In this document: piece by piece, positions 35,576 through 48,713 of the stretch | Numbering within the stretch: position 1 is the first letter of the stretch | Layout of the letters: every line of letters begins with the position of its first letter | Origin: Lama guanicoe | Lineage: Eukaryota | Length of the DNA stretch: 58,336 nt | Assembly (NCBI GenBank): GCA_013239625.1 | Contig: MU054085.1 | Location: forward strand, 234,666 to 293,001 | Reading direction: 5' to 3' | Position numbers and translations under genes: made by a program | The notes under the pieces: model-generated | Seen by the model: the letters and a program-made list of their open reading frames with translations, nothing else | Databases searched by the model: none | What the model was told of the DNA's origin: nothing

Positions 35576-37839
35576 AAAATTACAAAAGTCTCATTGGTAA
35601 GGCAAACATACAGTAAAAGTAGTAGGTCAACCATTTACAAAGCTAGGACAAAGGTAGTAAAATCATCTATAACCACAAGAAGTATTTAAGGGATAATAAG
35701 ATATAAAAGATGATGTCAATAACAGTAAATGTAGAGGATGAGTAAAAATGTAGAGTTGCTAAAATGTTTTCAAACTTAAGAGATTAGCAATTTTAAAATA
35801 CTATATATAAATATATAGATTGTTATATATAAACCTCATGATAACCACAAACCAAAGATCCATAACAGATACACCCACAAAAAAAAAGACAAAGGAATTG
35901 AAACATTACACAAAACAGTTATCAAAACACAAAGGAAGAAAGCAAAAGAAGGCAAAAGTAGAAACCAAGACAACAACTACAAAAACAACCAGAAAACAAT
36001 GAACAAAATTTTAATTTTAAAATTTGTGTAGAAACACACAAAAAAACCTCAAGTAGCCAAAGCAATCTTGAGAATGGAGAACAAAGCTGGATGTATCACG
36101 CTCCCTGATTTCAAATTATACTACAAAGCTATACTAACCACAACAGTGTGGTTTGGGCACAAAAACAGACACACAGATCAATGGAACAGAATAGAGAGGC
36201 CAGAAGTAAACCCACATTTACTTGATCAATTAATCTTTGATGGAAGAAAAAAGTCTCTTCAGTAAATAATTTTGGTAAAACTGAACAGCTACATGAAAAA
36301 TGATCAAGCTGAACTACTTTCTCACATCACATACAAAAATAAACTCAAAGACCTGAAACCGTAAAACCCCAGGAAGAATACATAGGCAGTACACTCTTTG
36401 ACATCAGGCTTAGCAATATTTTTTTGGATCTGTCTCCTCAGACGAGGGAAACAAAAGCAAAAATAAGCAAACGGGGCTACATCAAACTAAAAGCTTTGCA
36501 GAGTGAAGGAGACCATCAACAAAACAGAAAGTCAGCTTACTGAATGGTAGAAGATATTAACAAACAATATGCATGATAAGGGTTTAATATCCAAAATATA
36601 CAAAGAACACACACAACTCAACAGCAAAAAACCTCGAACAATCTGATTTTAAAAAGGACAGAGAACCTGAAACAACATTTTTCCAAAGAAGACAAGTACA
36701 TAAAAAGATGCTTGATGTCACTAATCATCAGGGAAATGCAAACTGAAATCACAATGAGATAACACCTCACATCTGTCAGATGGCTGTTATCAATAAGACT
36801 ACAAATAACGAGCGTTGGCAAGGATGTGGAGAAAAGGGAATTCTGGTACACTGTCGGTGGGAATGCAAATTGATGCTACCCCTATGGAAAACAGTATGGA
36901 GTATCCTCAAAAATTAAAAATAACCCTGCCATATGATCCAGCACTGTCACTTCTGGGTATTTATTTACCCAAAGAGAACCACAAAAACACTAATTCATAT
37001 GCACCCCTATGATCACTGAAGCATTATTTACAAAAGCCAAGATATGGAAGTAACCTAAGTGTCCATCAACAGAGGAATGGATAAAGTAGATGTAATATAT
37101 AAACAGTGGAATATTACTCAGCCATTAAAAATGAAATATTGCCACTTGAGACAACATTGATGGATCCAGAGAGTGTTATACTAAGTGAAATAAGTCAGAT
37201 AGAGAAAACAAATACCATAGGATCTCATTTATATGTGAAATCTAAAAAACAAAATACACAAAATAAAACAAAAACAGACTCCTAGGTATAGAGAAGAAGT
37301 GAGTGGTTGCCTAAGAGTAGAGGAATGGAGTGGGGGCAAAATAGGACAATTGCATTAAGAGTTACAAACCTCCAGTTATAAAATAAACCACAGGGATGTA
37401 ACATACAACATAAGGAATATGGTGAGTAACATTTGTATGGAGGCAAATGGTTACTATACCTATCATAATCAATATTATGTAGGAAAATATCAAATCACTA
37501 TGTAGCACACCTGAAACTAATATTGTATGTTAACTATATTTAAGTAAAACAATGAATAAAGTAAAAATAAACCAATAAAATTTTTAAAAATATATTTATA
37601 TTATTTGTCCCAGTAAGTTCACTTTTGAAAAATTGTATTGAATTAATTGGAGTTATGGTCACAGATATATGTACATATATGTTTATTGCCTCATTTTCTA
37701 TAAAAAACTGGACAATCAAGGTGTCCAATATAGAGAGAAGATTTAAGTAAATTATTTCTATTCCTAAAGTTAAATATGCTGCTAATGAGTGGTGCTATCA
37801 GCTTGGAAATTTAAAAAACTGACTGCTAAGAAAGCATCC

Positions 37840-39130
37840 AGTAAAAGGTTTGGAAGACAAAACTCAGGCCATTTCCTGGAAGGCAGAAGGAAAGACAAAG
37901 ATGTGAAAGATAAAGCAATCATGGGGTTCATTGTGAGAACCAACATTCTACTAATAGGAATTTCCAAAAGAGATAATAATTAAATTGGTAGGAAAGAAAA
38001 TGATCAAGGAAAAGAAATGCAAAGACATTTTCCAGAACTAAACATATTTGTTTCCAGATTTCTCAGTCCAATGAGTACCCAGCACAATGAATAAGGGGGG
38101 AAAAATAACTACAATGCACAAATGTAATTAGAAATCCCAAAACACTCTAGAGATAAACAGAAGATTCTAATTTCTTCCAGAGAGGAGAATCAGAGAGGAG
38201 TCTAAATTCTTCCAGAGAGGAGAGGCAGGTCTCAGACAAAAGCTTGGAATGAGAGTGGCAGCAGACTTTTTCTCAACAGGAGCACTAGAGAGTAGAAGAT
38301 AAAAATGCATTTTAAAATCTGATTTTCTACCTAGAGGTCTATACTTAGCTCAACCATCAATTAAGTAGAAAAAAATCAAATGAAGACATATTTTAGCAAG
38401 CAAAATTTCAAAAAGTATGCCTGCATTGATCCTTCCTCCAATATTCTCAAGAAGCTGCAGAAGGATAATTTCTATCAAAACAAGGAGTTACAGCAAGAAA
38501 GAGAAGGGTGTAAGGCTCAGTAAGCAAGAGTCTCAAAGAGGCAGGAGGCCAGAGAAATCTAAGGGTGATGATGAGGGAAGCTCTGGAGACAGTTGTGCAG
38601 CAGGTTGAAAGGGAAACCTGCCTTAATAAAGCCAGGCAGACAGACAACCTCTAAATGGCTATCTCCTCCAGTTTACCATAATATCCCCACCACTCCTAAA
38701 TAAATACCTCCACATAGAAAGGCTCTCTGATAGACCTGAATGTGTGGGAAATTGTATTGAGGTGTTTGAATGGTATGAAAAGACTAAGAAGTTAAAAGAA
38801 AACTAAGCCACAATTTTAATGGGGCAATATTAACCCCAAAGTAAAGAAAAAGATGAGCAATAATTGCAGCTAAATTTTATTGAATACCCCTAACGACACT
38901 TAAAAGTTCTAAGCCCTTCTACACATATTAACTCACTTAATCTTTAAAGTCACCCTAGCAAGTTGACACTCTTGACATGTCTAGTATACAGTGAGGGAGT
39001 CATAGAGCAGCGATTTGCCTAGGGTGCCAGAGTGGAGTTCCAACTCAGCCGGTCAGTTTCTAAACCACTTCTCCAAGAAAGGAAATGGAATCACAGTACT
39101 CAGCTTGGCTCAGCAGTAACAGAGTCAAAG
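37840..39130 (+). mobile_element. HAL1 / ancient L1 ORF1-like element
   Basis: ccaacattctactaataggaatttcc...ttttccagaactaaa; gattttctacctagaggtctatac; aaggaaatggaatcacagtac..ggctcagc. Confidence 0.6.
38870..39070 (-). mobile_element. MIR SINE
   Basis: acacatattaactcacttaatcttt...gatttgcctagggtgcca. Confidence 0.55.
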
Positions 39131-39280
39131 TGATAAAACTGCTGAGTACAGATTGACCCCCAAACTGCCGTATAGCCGTAGTGAGGGAATAGAAGAGTAG
39201 GAATAAAAGAGCATGCAATAACAAACAAACAAATGGCACAAAAACTTCACCTGCAATAAAAGAAAGTCAATAAATATATC

Positions 39281-39282
<2 letters not shown>

Positions 39283-39328
<46 letters not shown>
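39283..39328. repeat. (CA)n microsatellite
   Basis: Direct reading. Confidence 0.98.
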
Positions 39329-39329
<1 letters not shown>

Positions 39330-39444
39330 CCCTCTATGTGTGTACATACCTTTAGATGTTATTGACTTTATTAATGTGTGTGTGTATTCAAATTATAGCA
39401 CTAAATGCCAGAAGAAGGGAAGAAATTAAGAATGCTGTCTTCTA

Positions 39445-39762
39445 AAATGAACTTCAATATAAAACAGAAACAGAAGCACAGACATAGAATACAAATTTGT
39501 GTTTGCAGGGGGGAGGTGGGTGGGAAGGGACAGACTGGGAGTTCGAGAGTGGCGTATACTGACATGTATATATAGAATAGATAAACAAGTTTATACTGTA
39601 TAGCACAGGGAAATATATTCAAGATCCTGTAGTAGCCCATGGTGAAAAAGAATATGAAAATGAATATATGTATATTCATGTATGACTGAAAAACTGTGCT
39701 GTACACCAGAAATTGACACAACATCATAAACTGACTATAACTCAATAAAATTAAATAAATGA
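39445..39762 (+). mobile_element. 5'-truncated young L1 with 17-bp TSD
   Basis: TSD aagaatgctgtcttcta (39428-39444) / aagaatggtgtcttcta (39763-39779); L1 3'UTR with aataaa. Confidence 0.92.
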
Positions 39763-40246
39763 AAGAATGGTGTCTTCTAGTGGCCATTTAGTAAGCTTTA
39801 TTTTTAAAACAATGTGCGTGTATTACACACAGATCTGTATCTCTGTGTATTTGATGCTGACAAGGATTCATGAAGGTATCAGTTATGATCAATAGCCTGT
39901 GTACAAAGAAATACAATATGTACACAGTGTGTTAATAGTGGTTTGCCAGAGCCCAGGTGTGCTTCTGTTCCCCTGCCTGCTCTGGGAGCTCCTCCACACC
40001 TCCCACGCCTCCCTAGGACGCAGCAGCTACAGGGTGAAAGCCTGGAGAGCAGGCAGCTCCAGGACCTTGCTCCCACCCCACACCCAACTGAGCACCAGTA
40101 TCATCTCCATTGGTTCTGCACCTATGCTCTCTCAGTTATGAAGTGATTTTAATGGCATCCTTGCTTATAAAGTAGCATTAAGTGAAAGAAGGAAGATACA
40201 AGTTATATGCTACAAATTATAAGATTCAAATTATAAAGTTGAATTG

Positions 40247-41276
40247 CCAATTATTAGAGAAATGCAAGTCAAAACTACAATGAGGGAGGGGAGGGTAGAG
40301 CTCAGTGGCAGAGCTTGTGTCTAGCATGCAAGAAGTACAGGGTTCAATCTCCAGTATCTCCATTTAAAAAACAAATAAATAAAAACTAATTATCCCTGCC
40401 CCCAAATATACAATGCTGTATGTCAATTGTATCTCAATAAACTGGAAAGAAAAACATTTTTAAAAAATTTTGAAAACTGCAAGAGGTATCATCTCACACC
40501 AGTCAGAATGGGTATCATCAAAAAGCTACAAATAATATATGCTGGAGACCCTGTGGAGAAAAAGGAGCCCTCCTACACTCTTGGTCAGAATGTAAATTGG
40601 TGCAGCCACTATGGAAAATCATACAGAGTTTCCATAAAAAACTACAAATCTCACTCCTGGGCGTATATCTGGAGAAAACTCTAATTCAAAAAGATACATG
40701 CACCCCAGTGTTCATAGCAGCACTATTTACAATAGACAAGACATGGGAGCAACCTAAGCGTCCACTGACAGATGACTGGATAAAGATGTGATATATATAC
40801 AATGGCATAGCACTCAGTCATAAAAAGAATTTATTTATGCCATCTCTAGCAACAGGGATGGAATTAGAGATTGTCATACTAAGCGAAGTAAGTAAGACAG
40901 AGAAAGAAAAATGTATCATATCACTTACATGTAGAATCTAATAAATGATACAAATGAACTTATTTACAAAACAGAAAGAGACTCATAGACATTGAAAGTA
41001 AACTTATGGTTACCAAGGGAGAAGAGGGGAGGGATAAATTAGGAACTTGAGATTAACAGATACACACTATTATATATAAAATACATAAACTACAAACAGT
41101 TACTGTATGGCACAAGGAACCATATTCAAGTTCTTGTAATAATTTATAATGGAAAATACTCTGAAAAAGAATATATAATATATAAATATTATATATGTAT
41201 AATATATATAACTGAATCACTTTGCTGTACACCAGAAACTAACACAACATTGAAAACCAACTATGCTTCAATAAAA
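40247..41276 (+). mobile_element. L1 3' end (ORF2 C-terminus plus 3'UTR), interrupted by a SINE
   Basis: gagaaatgcaagtcaaaactacaatgag resumes as aggtatcatctcacaccagtcagaatgg (RYHLTPVRM); [18 protein letters not shown]. Confidence 0.9.
40286..40405 (+). mobile_element. tRNA-derived camelid SINE (Vic-1-like)
   Basis: ggggagggtagagctcagtggcagag (A box ~40298-40308), ctagcatgca, ggttcaatctccag (B box 40341), then aaataaataaaaactaattatccc tail. Confidence 0.85.
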
Positions 41277-42469
41277 CATTTTACGTAAAATTCTAAAATT
41301 GATAAAAATGAGTTTATGTAGAGAATGATGGATTTTTTGTTTTTATACTTGTCTGAATTATTTTGGATTCTTCCATAAAAAGCATTACTTACTTTAAAAT
41401 TGTCTACAAGTGTAGGAACATGAACAAAACAAAACTCATAGGTGGATCCAATCAAGGGTTTATACCACACCTAACTATGTATCTGGATCATATAAGCTGG
41501 TACATGCTGACCTCTAAGTTCGTAAACAACAGTCCGCCAAACTTCTGAGAGACAAATGTTTAAGAGTAAACACTTAGCTGTGAGTGTTGCAAAGGAAGTC
41601 TTTTTAAAGTCTCTATTTGCCACCCTTACAGTTACAGGAAGAGCCCTGCCCTTTAGTCCAGGAGCCCGGGTGCACAGTGAGCATCCAGCTGGGCAGGAGA
41701 CGGATGCAGACAGTCCCAGGCCAGGTGGGATGGTTTGTCATCCCCAACCATTAATTCCTTCTTCGGTTGCATTAAATATACAAAGAAGGGATAGGAAGAC
41801 ATCTAATTTTCCCTCTCCTGCAGAAAGGCACAGGACATCCTAAGTTGCTCCTCCCTTGCCAGCATTTAAGCGTTCTTACGATAGGCTGCTTGGAAGCTCT
41901 CCCCACAATATTTTGAGCTTTCCAAAGTTAGGGCAGGTGAGCTGGAGTGTGATGCCCACAGCCCCAGATTCCAAAGTCTCTTTGACCTACCTGGAAATAG
42001 ACTGAGAAACTGTCCCAGGTTGCCTGGGACTGAGCAGCTTTCCAGAAAATGGGACTTTCAGGGCTAAAATGGGGACTGTCTCCAATAAGCCAGGATGTTG
42101 GTCCCTCTGGCTGCAGGTCCCCACAGCTGGAGGTCGTCATGGGAGCAGCACGGGAGGGCACGATGGGCATCTCGGCTGGGAAGGCACGGGTGACTTGGAA
42201 ACACCACTGGTCTCCCTGGCCTTTCTGACAGGGACAGTGGCTGGGAGACAGGAACTTCACCATAAGAAAGTGTGAAATCACGTCCCCTCAGATGAGTTGG
42301 GAACAATTCAGCGTATGTGAAAGGCGGCTTTTAAATACCACGTGTAAGGCCGAAAGCTCTGGGGGGACTGGTAGGTAAAGCAGAAGTTGGAACGTGTGGA
42401 TTCAGCGGTGGAGACTATGGCAGACTGAGAAGCCTCCCTCAGAGATAGCCGGTTCCTAGTGCCAACTGC

Positions 42470-42670
42470 GGTTACCAGACACAGTTAGGTAATGAAGTCA
42501 GATCTGCATTTTCCAGGGGAAAACCCAGAAACTTGGATTTTTATGTGAAATCTCAGTGTTTCAATGTGATGAATTCCAGAAACATGTAAAAATACTGTAG
42601 TCTTTCAAAATTTATGTCTGTGAGTAGGTGTGATGCACGTTCTCTGCAAAAGTAAGTCTGTGACTCTAAT
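42470..42670. mobile_element. MER102-like hAT-Charlie MITE
   Basis: ccagaaacttggatttttatgtgaaatctc...aaaatactgt. Confidence 0.6.
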
Positions 42671-43307
42671 CAAACATTCACCATGTGGTACAAAAGACTC
42701 TTGGGAGGAACCAGAGAATTTCTACAGGATTCACCATTTAGCCTCAAGTGCTGGATGGCTCCTCCTTTTTCTTTCTTCAGATGTGTAGGTGACCCTACCC
42801 TCCACCCAGGTGCGGGACACAGGCAATGGGGGGGAGCCCTCCCTGATTTGTTTCTTTGCCCCTCCCCCATCTCCCCATCCCCCAACCAGCTTTGGATGTT
42901 GAAAGTGACCCATGGCTTTACAGCAACTAGAAAAGCCCAAACTTAGAAGTCAGTTGTCTATATCCTGTAGTTTAGAAGATTTGGCTGCAGTCAAATTTCC
43001 TAGGGTCTTCCTTGGCCTTTAAAATCAATATCCCATGCAGATACACTGGAATGGAAGCCTCCTGGGCCAGATCTCACTAACACAGGGCAAGTCTCTATAG
43101 CCGCTGGTGTCTGAAGGGGGGTTTATGATAGGAACCTTAATTAGCATTCAGAGGTTAATTTTCTTTTTGTGGGTTAATTTTGCCCTCATAAATTAATAAA
43201 TAGAAGCTGCCTGAGATACCAGTGAAGGGGACAAGTCAGCCCACGTTAAACTGCCAAGCTTGGTAGCCCTGAAATCCCCAAAGAGTGGAGGAAGGTGGGT
43301 CCCATGG

Positions 43308-43475
43308 AGAGTGCTCCTTCAAAGTGCTATCTGAAGACCACTTGTATCCAAAACACCTGGCGGTGCTTTAAAATACAGAGTCCAGGGCCCAACTCTCCAC
43401 CTGCCAGATCAGCTTCTGTAATGGGGAGGCCCAAGACCCTGAACTTTAGCAAGCCCCCTGGGTGACGCTTACACA
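43308..43475. mobile_element. MER5-family MITE
   Basis: caaagtgctatctgaagaccacttgtatccaaaacacctgg...caagccccctgggtgacgcttacaca. Confidence 0.7.
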
Positions 43476-43818
43476 AAGGGAATTAGAGGACCCACAGCCA
43501 CAGGGTCTTTCCCCCGCCTTGTAAGCAGCCACTAAAGCCTCAGATTTGAGGCTGGAACAGTACAGAGGAGCTAAGCCTTGTCTCATCCTTTGATTAGATA
43601 AAAGACCTTGATGAATATGAAAGAAGGCTATGAGGGAGGAGGAACCACCCATATGAAGATTAGGAAATCACATTTGAAATGAGGGAGATTTTCAAAGAGT
43701 CTGTGTTGAAAGGAGACAGTGCACTCATAATGGAAAGGGCTTCTGAAAGGTAGATAAGATTTATTTTGAAGGTGCCTCATACCAGGAACTTGGCTGGGCA
43801 CTGGCATTCATTCCTTCA

Positions 43819-43861
43819 ACACACACACACACACACACGCGCGCGCGCGCGTGCGCGCACA
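43819..43861. repeat. (CA)n(CG)n compound alternating purine-pyrimidine repeat
   Basis: acacacacacacacacacacgcgcgcgcgcgcgtgcgcgcaca. Confidence 0.95.
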
Positions 43862-43924
43862 AGAATTCAAGCCCAAATACGTTAAATGGAATACATACAA
43901 TCCTTTAATAACTGATGACGTTTA

Positions 43925-44925
43925 TAAGCCACACGAAGGTGTAACAATCATTATACTTTCTGTGCAAATAACATACACTGTTGGTAAGATCAACATAAGC
44001 TGGGAGACAATAGGGAGATATTTTGACATACCACCAATCAATCTGGTAAACCAAGTAGACAAAATCTAATGTCAGAGAATTTTAATAATGTGGCCAATAA
44101 GTTGAAGTTAATAAATATGTAGAAAAGTGCATAAACAGATAATCAACTCATGGGTGCCCTCAAACATGGATGTGTGCGTTGGAACAGTTTTTTCAGAGGG
44201 CAGTTTGGTACTATGTACAAAAATATTTGAAATGTGTATCTTCTTTAATTCTGAAAATTTTATATGTAAGAATTTATACTACGGACCAATCTGTATGGAC
44301 CAAGATGGTGACTGAAGCATACGTATGTGCAAGAATGAAATAATTCAGTTTCTTTGGTATATTTTTATCAAAGGAAATGTTTCTCCAGATGAAAATGAAA
44401 ACCTCTTTTCAATGAGGTTAGGAAGGGAGACCTGAGTCCTGCAGAGACTTATGGCCAGCAGAGGGCACACTGACAACTGCCAGGGGCTTGCTGGGAATCT
44501 GGACATCTCCAGATCCTCCTCTTGGAAGATGGCCAAGTATGAGGATCAGGTGAGATACTTTAGAAGCCAGGTTTTCAGTTGTAAGTCAAGACCACGCTTT
44601 CCCCCATCCCCTGTCATTATACAGGTCCGTGCTGAAACTAGATACCACTGGGGCAAACCAGGGCCAAGGAATACTTCCAGGTATGACTGGGTCATCTGAA
44701 AGTAAATAGACAAGGGAGCATAGGAAAAGTTAAGAAATATGTGTCACTAAAATACAAATACCTGTGGGGATGAGGTAAATTTCATGAGGAAGTACATAGG
44801 AGTCTTTGAAGGAGTTGATAATATTTTATGTCTTAAGTCAGATAGATGGTAGGTACTTGGCCATTTGTTATGCCATTCTTTATACCTCTCTGCGTGTCTG
44901 GAATATTCCATGATTTGCATAAAGA
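43925..44925 (+). mobile_element. Scattered ancient L1ME fragments (EN at ~43925-44125; 3' pieces at ~44150-44340 and ~44780-44925)
   Basis: caatagggagatattttgacatacc; ttggaacagttttttcagagggcagtttggta; gttgataatattttatgtcttaa. Confidence 0.5.
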
Positions 44926-45193
44926 CATTTAGTGCTCAGGTGGGCTGAAGCAATAAGCAGCTGTGACGGGACTGTGACAGCTCGGGCTCAAGAGGTAGAT
45001 GGAAGAGTGTAGAGAGATTCCCTTTTGTGTGTGCATTTCGTTTTTCTTCTTCCACATAAAATGGAAATCAAAACTTTAAATCAAATCCAAACAAGAATAC
45101 TGCAGCAAGAGAGTAACAGCGGGGCCATCTGTGAGCATCAGCATGGGTTGACCAGAAGCAGCAAATGAATTTTTTAAAAATAGCAGATTTCAA

Positions 45194-45540
45194 ATACAGT
45201 AAGATATCACTTACACATGGAATCTGAAAAATACAAAAAAAAAACAGTGTATAGCAGAAAACAGCCAGACTCACAGATGCAGAGAACAAACTAGTGGTTC
45301 CCGGTGGGGAAAGGGAAGACGGGAGGGACAAAATAAGGGTTGGGTGTTAAGAGGTGCAAACTATTGTGTATAAAATAAGCTATATGGATAAAGACGTGCT
45401 TATATGTATAACGCAGGGAATATAGCCAATATTTAATAATAACTATAAGTGGAGTATAGCCTTTAAAAATTGTGAACTGCTATATTGTATATCTGTAACT
45501 TATATAATATAATGCAACAACTATACTTCAATTTTAAAAA
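45194..45540 (+). mobile_element. 5'-truncated L1 3'UTR with TSD
   Basis: Flanks aaaaatagcagatttcaa / aaaaacagcaggtttgaa; same subfamily as 31060-31380. Confidence 0.88.
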
Positions 45541-45658
45541 CAGCAGGTTTGAAGTTATCTGTGCCCCAGTTGTAGCTGCAACAGCAAATACTGTCACCCA
45601 GGAGCTCTGCTCTGAGTTTGGCAGTTTATGAGATGTTAAAATCATCTGCTGTCATGGC

Positions 45659-45661
<3 letters not shown>

Positions 45662-45703
<42 letters not shown>
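45662..45703. repeat. (TG)n microsatellite
   Basis: Direct reading. Confidence 0.98.
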
Positions 45704-45705
<2 letters not shown>

Positions 45706-47329
45706 GGGGGCAGCTGGGGATTCAGAGGGCTGTAGAGGCTCCAAAGTAAATAAGTGGATGAATGTTTGATTGCCCTCTTTTATTCCTGGCAGGGGAAACA
45801 GATCCTTTCAGCATTTCCCTACCTGATTATACCTTGGCTCCATGTCCTTGTTCACAGAGAAGGGAGAGAAACACAGTGGGGAACTGGGCGCTCCGCTGGG
45901 CCCCAAGCCACAGGGGATGAAAATGGGTGAGAGGCCTGATCCACACCGAAGCGGGGTGCTGTCCTTTCAAGGAACACCCCTACCGTTTCTGAGGTGCGCC
46001 CCACACAAAGACACTCTCAGGGATCAGTGTGCCTAAGGCAGAGTGGTACATTGTTCGGGGCAACAGAATAGTGCAGAAGGCAGCAGTGTGTAGCATCTGG
46101 GCACAGCCACAGGTGTTCCCTGTGTGGCCAGCGTTGAAGTCAGGAGAAAGATGTGACATGTGTTCATGTAAGTACGGCCTTTCCCTTGAGTGCGAGGGCC
46201 AAGTGGTGGAAGATGACAGAAGCAAGATCATGTCCTAGAGAGAATGCCTAATGACAGTGTTGGAAGATTCCAGGTAACCCCAGGACATTTGTATAACCTC
46301 TGTCCATTTCTCCTGCCACACATCCCAACAACATATTAGTTTAACTCAGTGTCACAATGAAAGGAAGTAGAATACTACTTGGACAGGAAAACTCAAAGGC
46401 ATCTTTGCCAAAATTATTATGAGATTAAGATTAATGTCTTTCATACCTTTCTGTACTGACTCAATGAATGAGTAAATTAAGGGGAATTCAAACAGCAGAA
46501 TCCCCACTGAATGAAACTAAAATTAAGAGAAAAGCTAATGTATATCAACTTTTATTAAACAGTGAAATTTACACATGTTATTTATGCTCAGTCATGAATA
46601 AAAAGCTTTCAGCTTCTCCATGATTGAATGATGATTGTTTCCACAGGCTCATTTAATCTTGGTCTGACATCGTTTACTATAATATAACAATTGAAATTTA
46701 ATTTACTGAATTTAATGGGGTCATGAACCTACATGGTATTTTGTAGCCAAGATGCATGTTTGTTGAGAAAAGTAAGTCTCACAGTGCAAGCCACCAATAC
46801 AACTGAATCTCTCCCGTTTTGTCCTCAAGAAACCAAGATTTCAATGATTGATGTGGGGACCCTTCTACAAGAGCATTCTTTGTATCAAAATGAGAGCTTT
46901 TAAAAAAGCTTATTATTTAGAAAGTAAAACTAGATTGTTTCCAGCATCAATATTTGGTTGTCAACAAGTCACATCTCAGAAGCTAAGACAGATTGGACGG
47001 ACATGGAAAAACATGCTTATATTCAGGGTTATTGCATGGAAATGAACAGTAATAGGGCCACCTGTGGAAATTCCATCAAGTGAGAGAATATACAGGTTTA
47101 CCTGGACGAAGGACCACAGTGGAATGGAGGCATCATCAGAGGGGAAGAAGCAAAGATGTGGATGGCAGAAGCAGTGGGATTTGACTGTTGAGTTAGGCAG
47201 CTCAGGAACTAAATTCACAGACTCTAAGCCTCTGATGGATGGTAATTTTATGTGTGGTCCAGGCATCTTGCTAGACAGGAGCTGATCAGAAAGCTGGTCC
47301 ATGGTTCCCAAAGGTGGGCTAATGTCCAC

Positions 47330-47838
47330 AGCTCTGGCAGATAGATGGCTGACTGGAACACTAACATGTCTTCCAACCTCTTCCTGGTGTGCCTTTCTCT
47401 TTTCTACTACAGAGGCTAGGAAGCTGAAAAGTATTTATCCAGACTTCCCTGCACTAAAATAAATAGATGTATTCATGTGGGTCTTGAATTTGGAACTAAA
47501 TTCTGAAGGAGGGCAGTGACAGCATGTGAGGCGTTCAGTAGCTAACGTGGCTCTAACTGGCACATAACTGCTCAGAACTCAACTCCTCTGGTGGCAGCTG
47601 TTTGGTCCCCAGTAGGGATGGTGTGTGATCCTGGAGCCAGCACAGGGCACAATGGATTCCTGATTTAACAAATTTTAAAATAGTACAAGTTCATGTCTTT
47701 GGTCAATTTTGTTCCAAAAGTCATTTCTGGAGACCCAGTTGAGAGCCTGCTTTTTTAAACCTTTCCAAAAATTTGGAAGCACCTAATTTCCTATATTAGA
47801 ACTCTTTATTTATGTGCAGTTGGACCCTGATTGGTATC
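47330..47838 (+). mobile_element. ERVL LTR (LTR33-like)
   Basis: ctactacagaggctaggaagctgaaaa...cagacttccctgca; end gcagttggaccctgattggtatc. Confidence 0.6.
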
Positions 47839-47855
47839 TGATAGCTCTCCCATTT

Positions 47856-48540
47856 TGATACAGGGAAAATGGAGCACAAGAGGGTGGCCATGTCCCAGGT
47901 CTTGGATGAGTCCCTGCGATGTGCCCAATTAAGTGAGGGCCTTTGGCTTCACACACAGGAAAAAATTCAAGAGTGAGCCATAGCTGAGTGAAAGTAGATT
48001 TATTCAGACAGATGCACACTCCACTGACCAAGTGAAGGCCATTTCAGAAAGCTAGAGAGGCCACGAGGCATGGGTGTGTGTGTTTACTTTAAAGTAAAAG
48101 TAGATACACCCTCCATAGACAGAGTGTGGGCTGTCTCAGAAGGCAAGAAAGTGACAGAGGGGCCTAGGAGATACACATTGCTTAGGCAGAATGCAGGCCA
48201 TCTTACTCAAAAGGGAACATGATCATGAGGTGTGGGGTTGTTATTTTTTTTTTTGTTCTCAGAAACCTCATATGCTAACAAGTGGGAGGACTATTTCAAG
48301 TACTTTGGGGAAGGGGCTGGGATTCCCAGGAATTGGGCCACTGCCCACCTTTTGACTTTTCATGGTCAGCCTTGAATGTGTCATGGCGCCTGTGGGGGTA
48401 CCATTTAGCATGCTGTAGTACTACAGTGAGAGTATAATGAAGCTCAAGGTCTACTGGGAGTTGAATCTTCTGCCATCTTGGTGCTAACTGCTGTATCATT
48501 CTTTTAATCATTGTGCCTTTTCCCCTTCCCTACTGTCTCA
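47856..48540 (-). mobile_element. ERV1-class solo LTR with 4-bp TSD ATTT
   Basis: TG...CA termini; ATTT at 47852-47855 and 48541-48544; minus-strand AATAAA at 47999-48004. Confidence 0.85.
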
Positions 48541-48713
48541 ATTTGATCAATTATTCTAGTTAATCTTCCTGGTGCATAGAAGCCCAAATCAGTACTTTCT
48601 AGAGCAGAAACATACACTGATATATTGATAGGTTGCTTTTTTTCTGTCCCATAGGCTACCCTCCCTTCTTCAGGCTTCAGAAGTAGCTTTCTTTTCAAAG
48701 AGCACTCAGAGGA

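Larger units (their letters stand above)
33990..37570 (+). mobile_element. Internally deleted L1: tandem-repeat 5'UTR, ORF1 3' half, spacer, ORF2 3' part, 3'UTR
   Basis: ORF1 motifs at 34830-35460; ORF2 peptide [39 protein letters not shown] at 36068; A-rich end near 37550. Confidence 0.85.

Noticed and set aside
40288..40362. Functional tRNA gene
   Set aside because: Mismatched stems, SINE-type AT-rich tail, and insertion into an L1 between TSDs.
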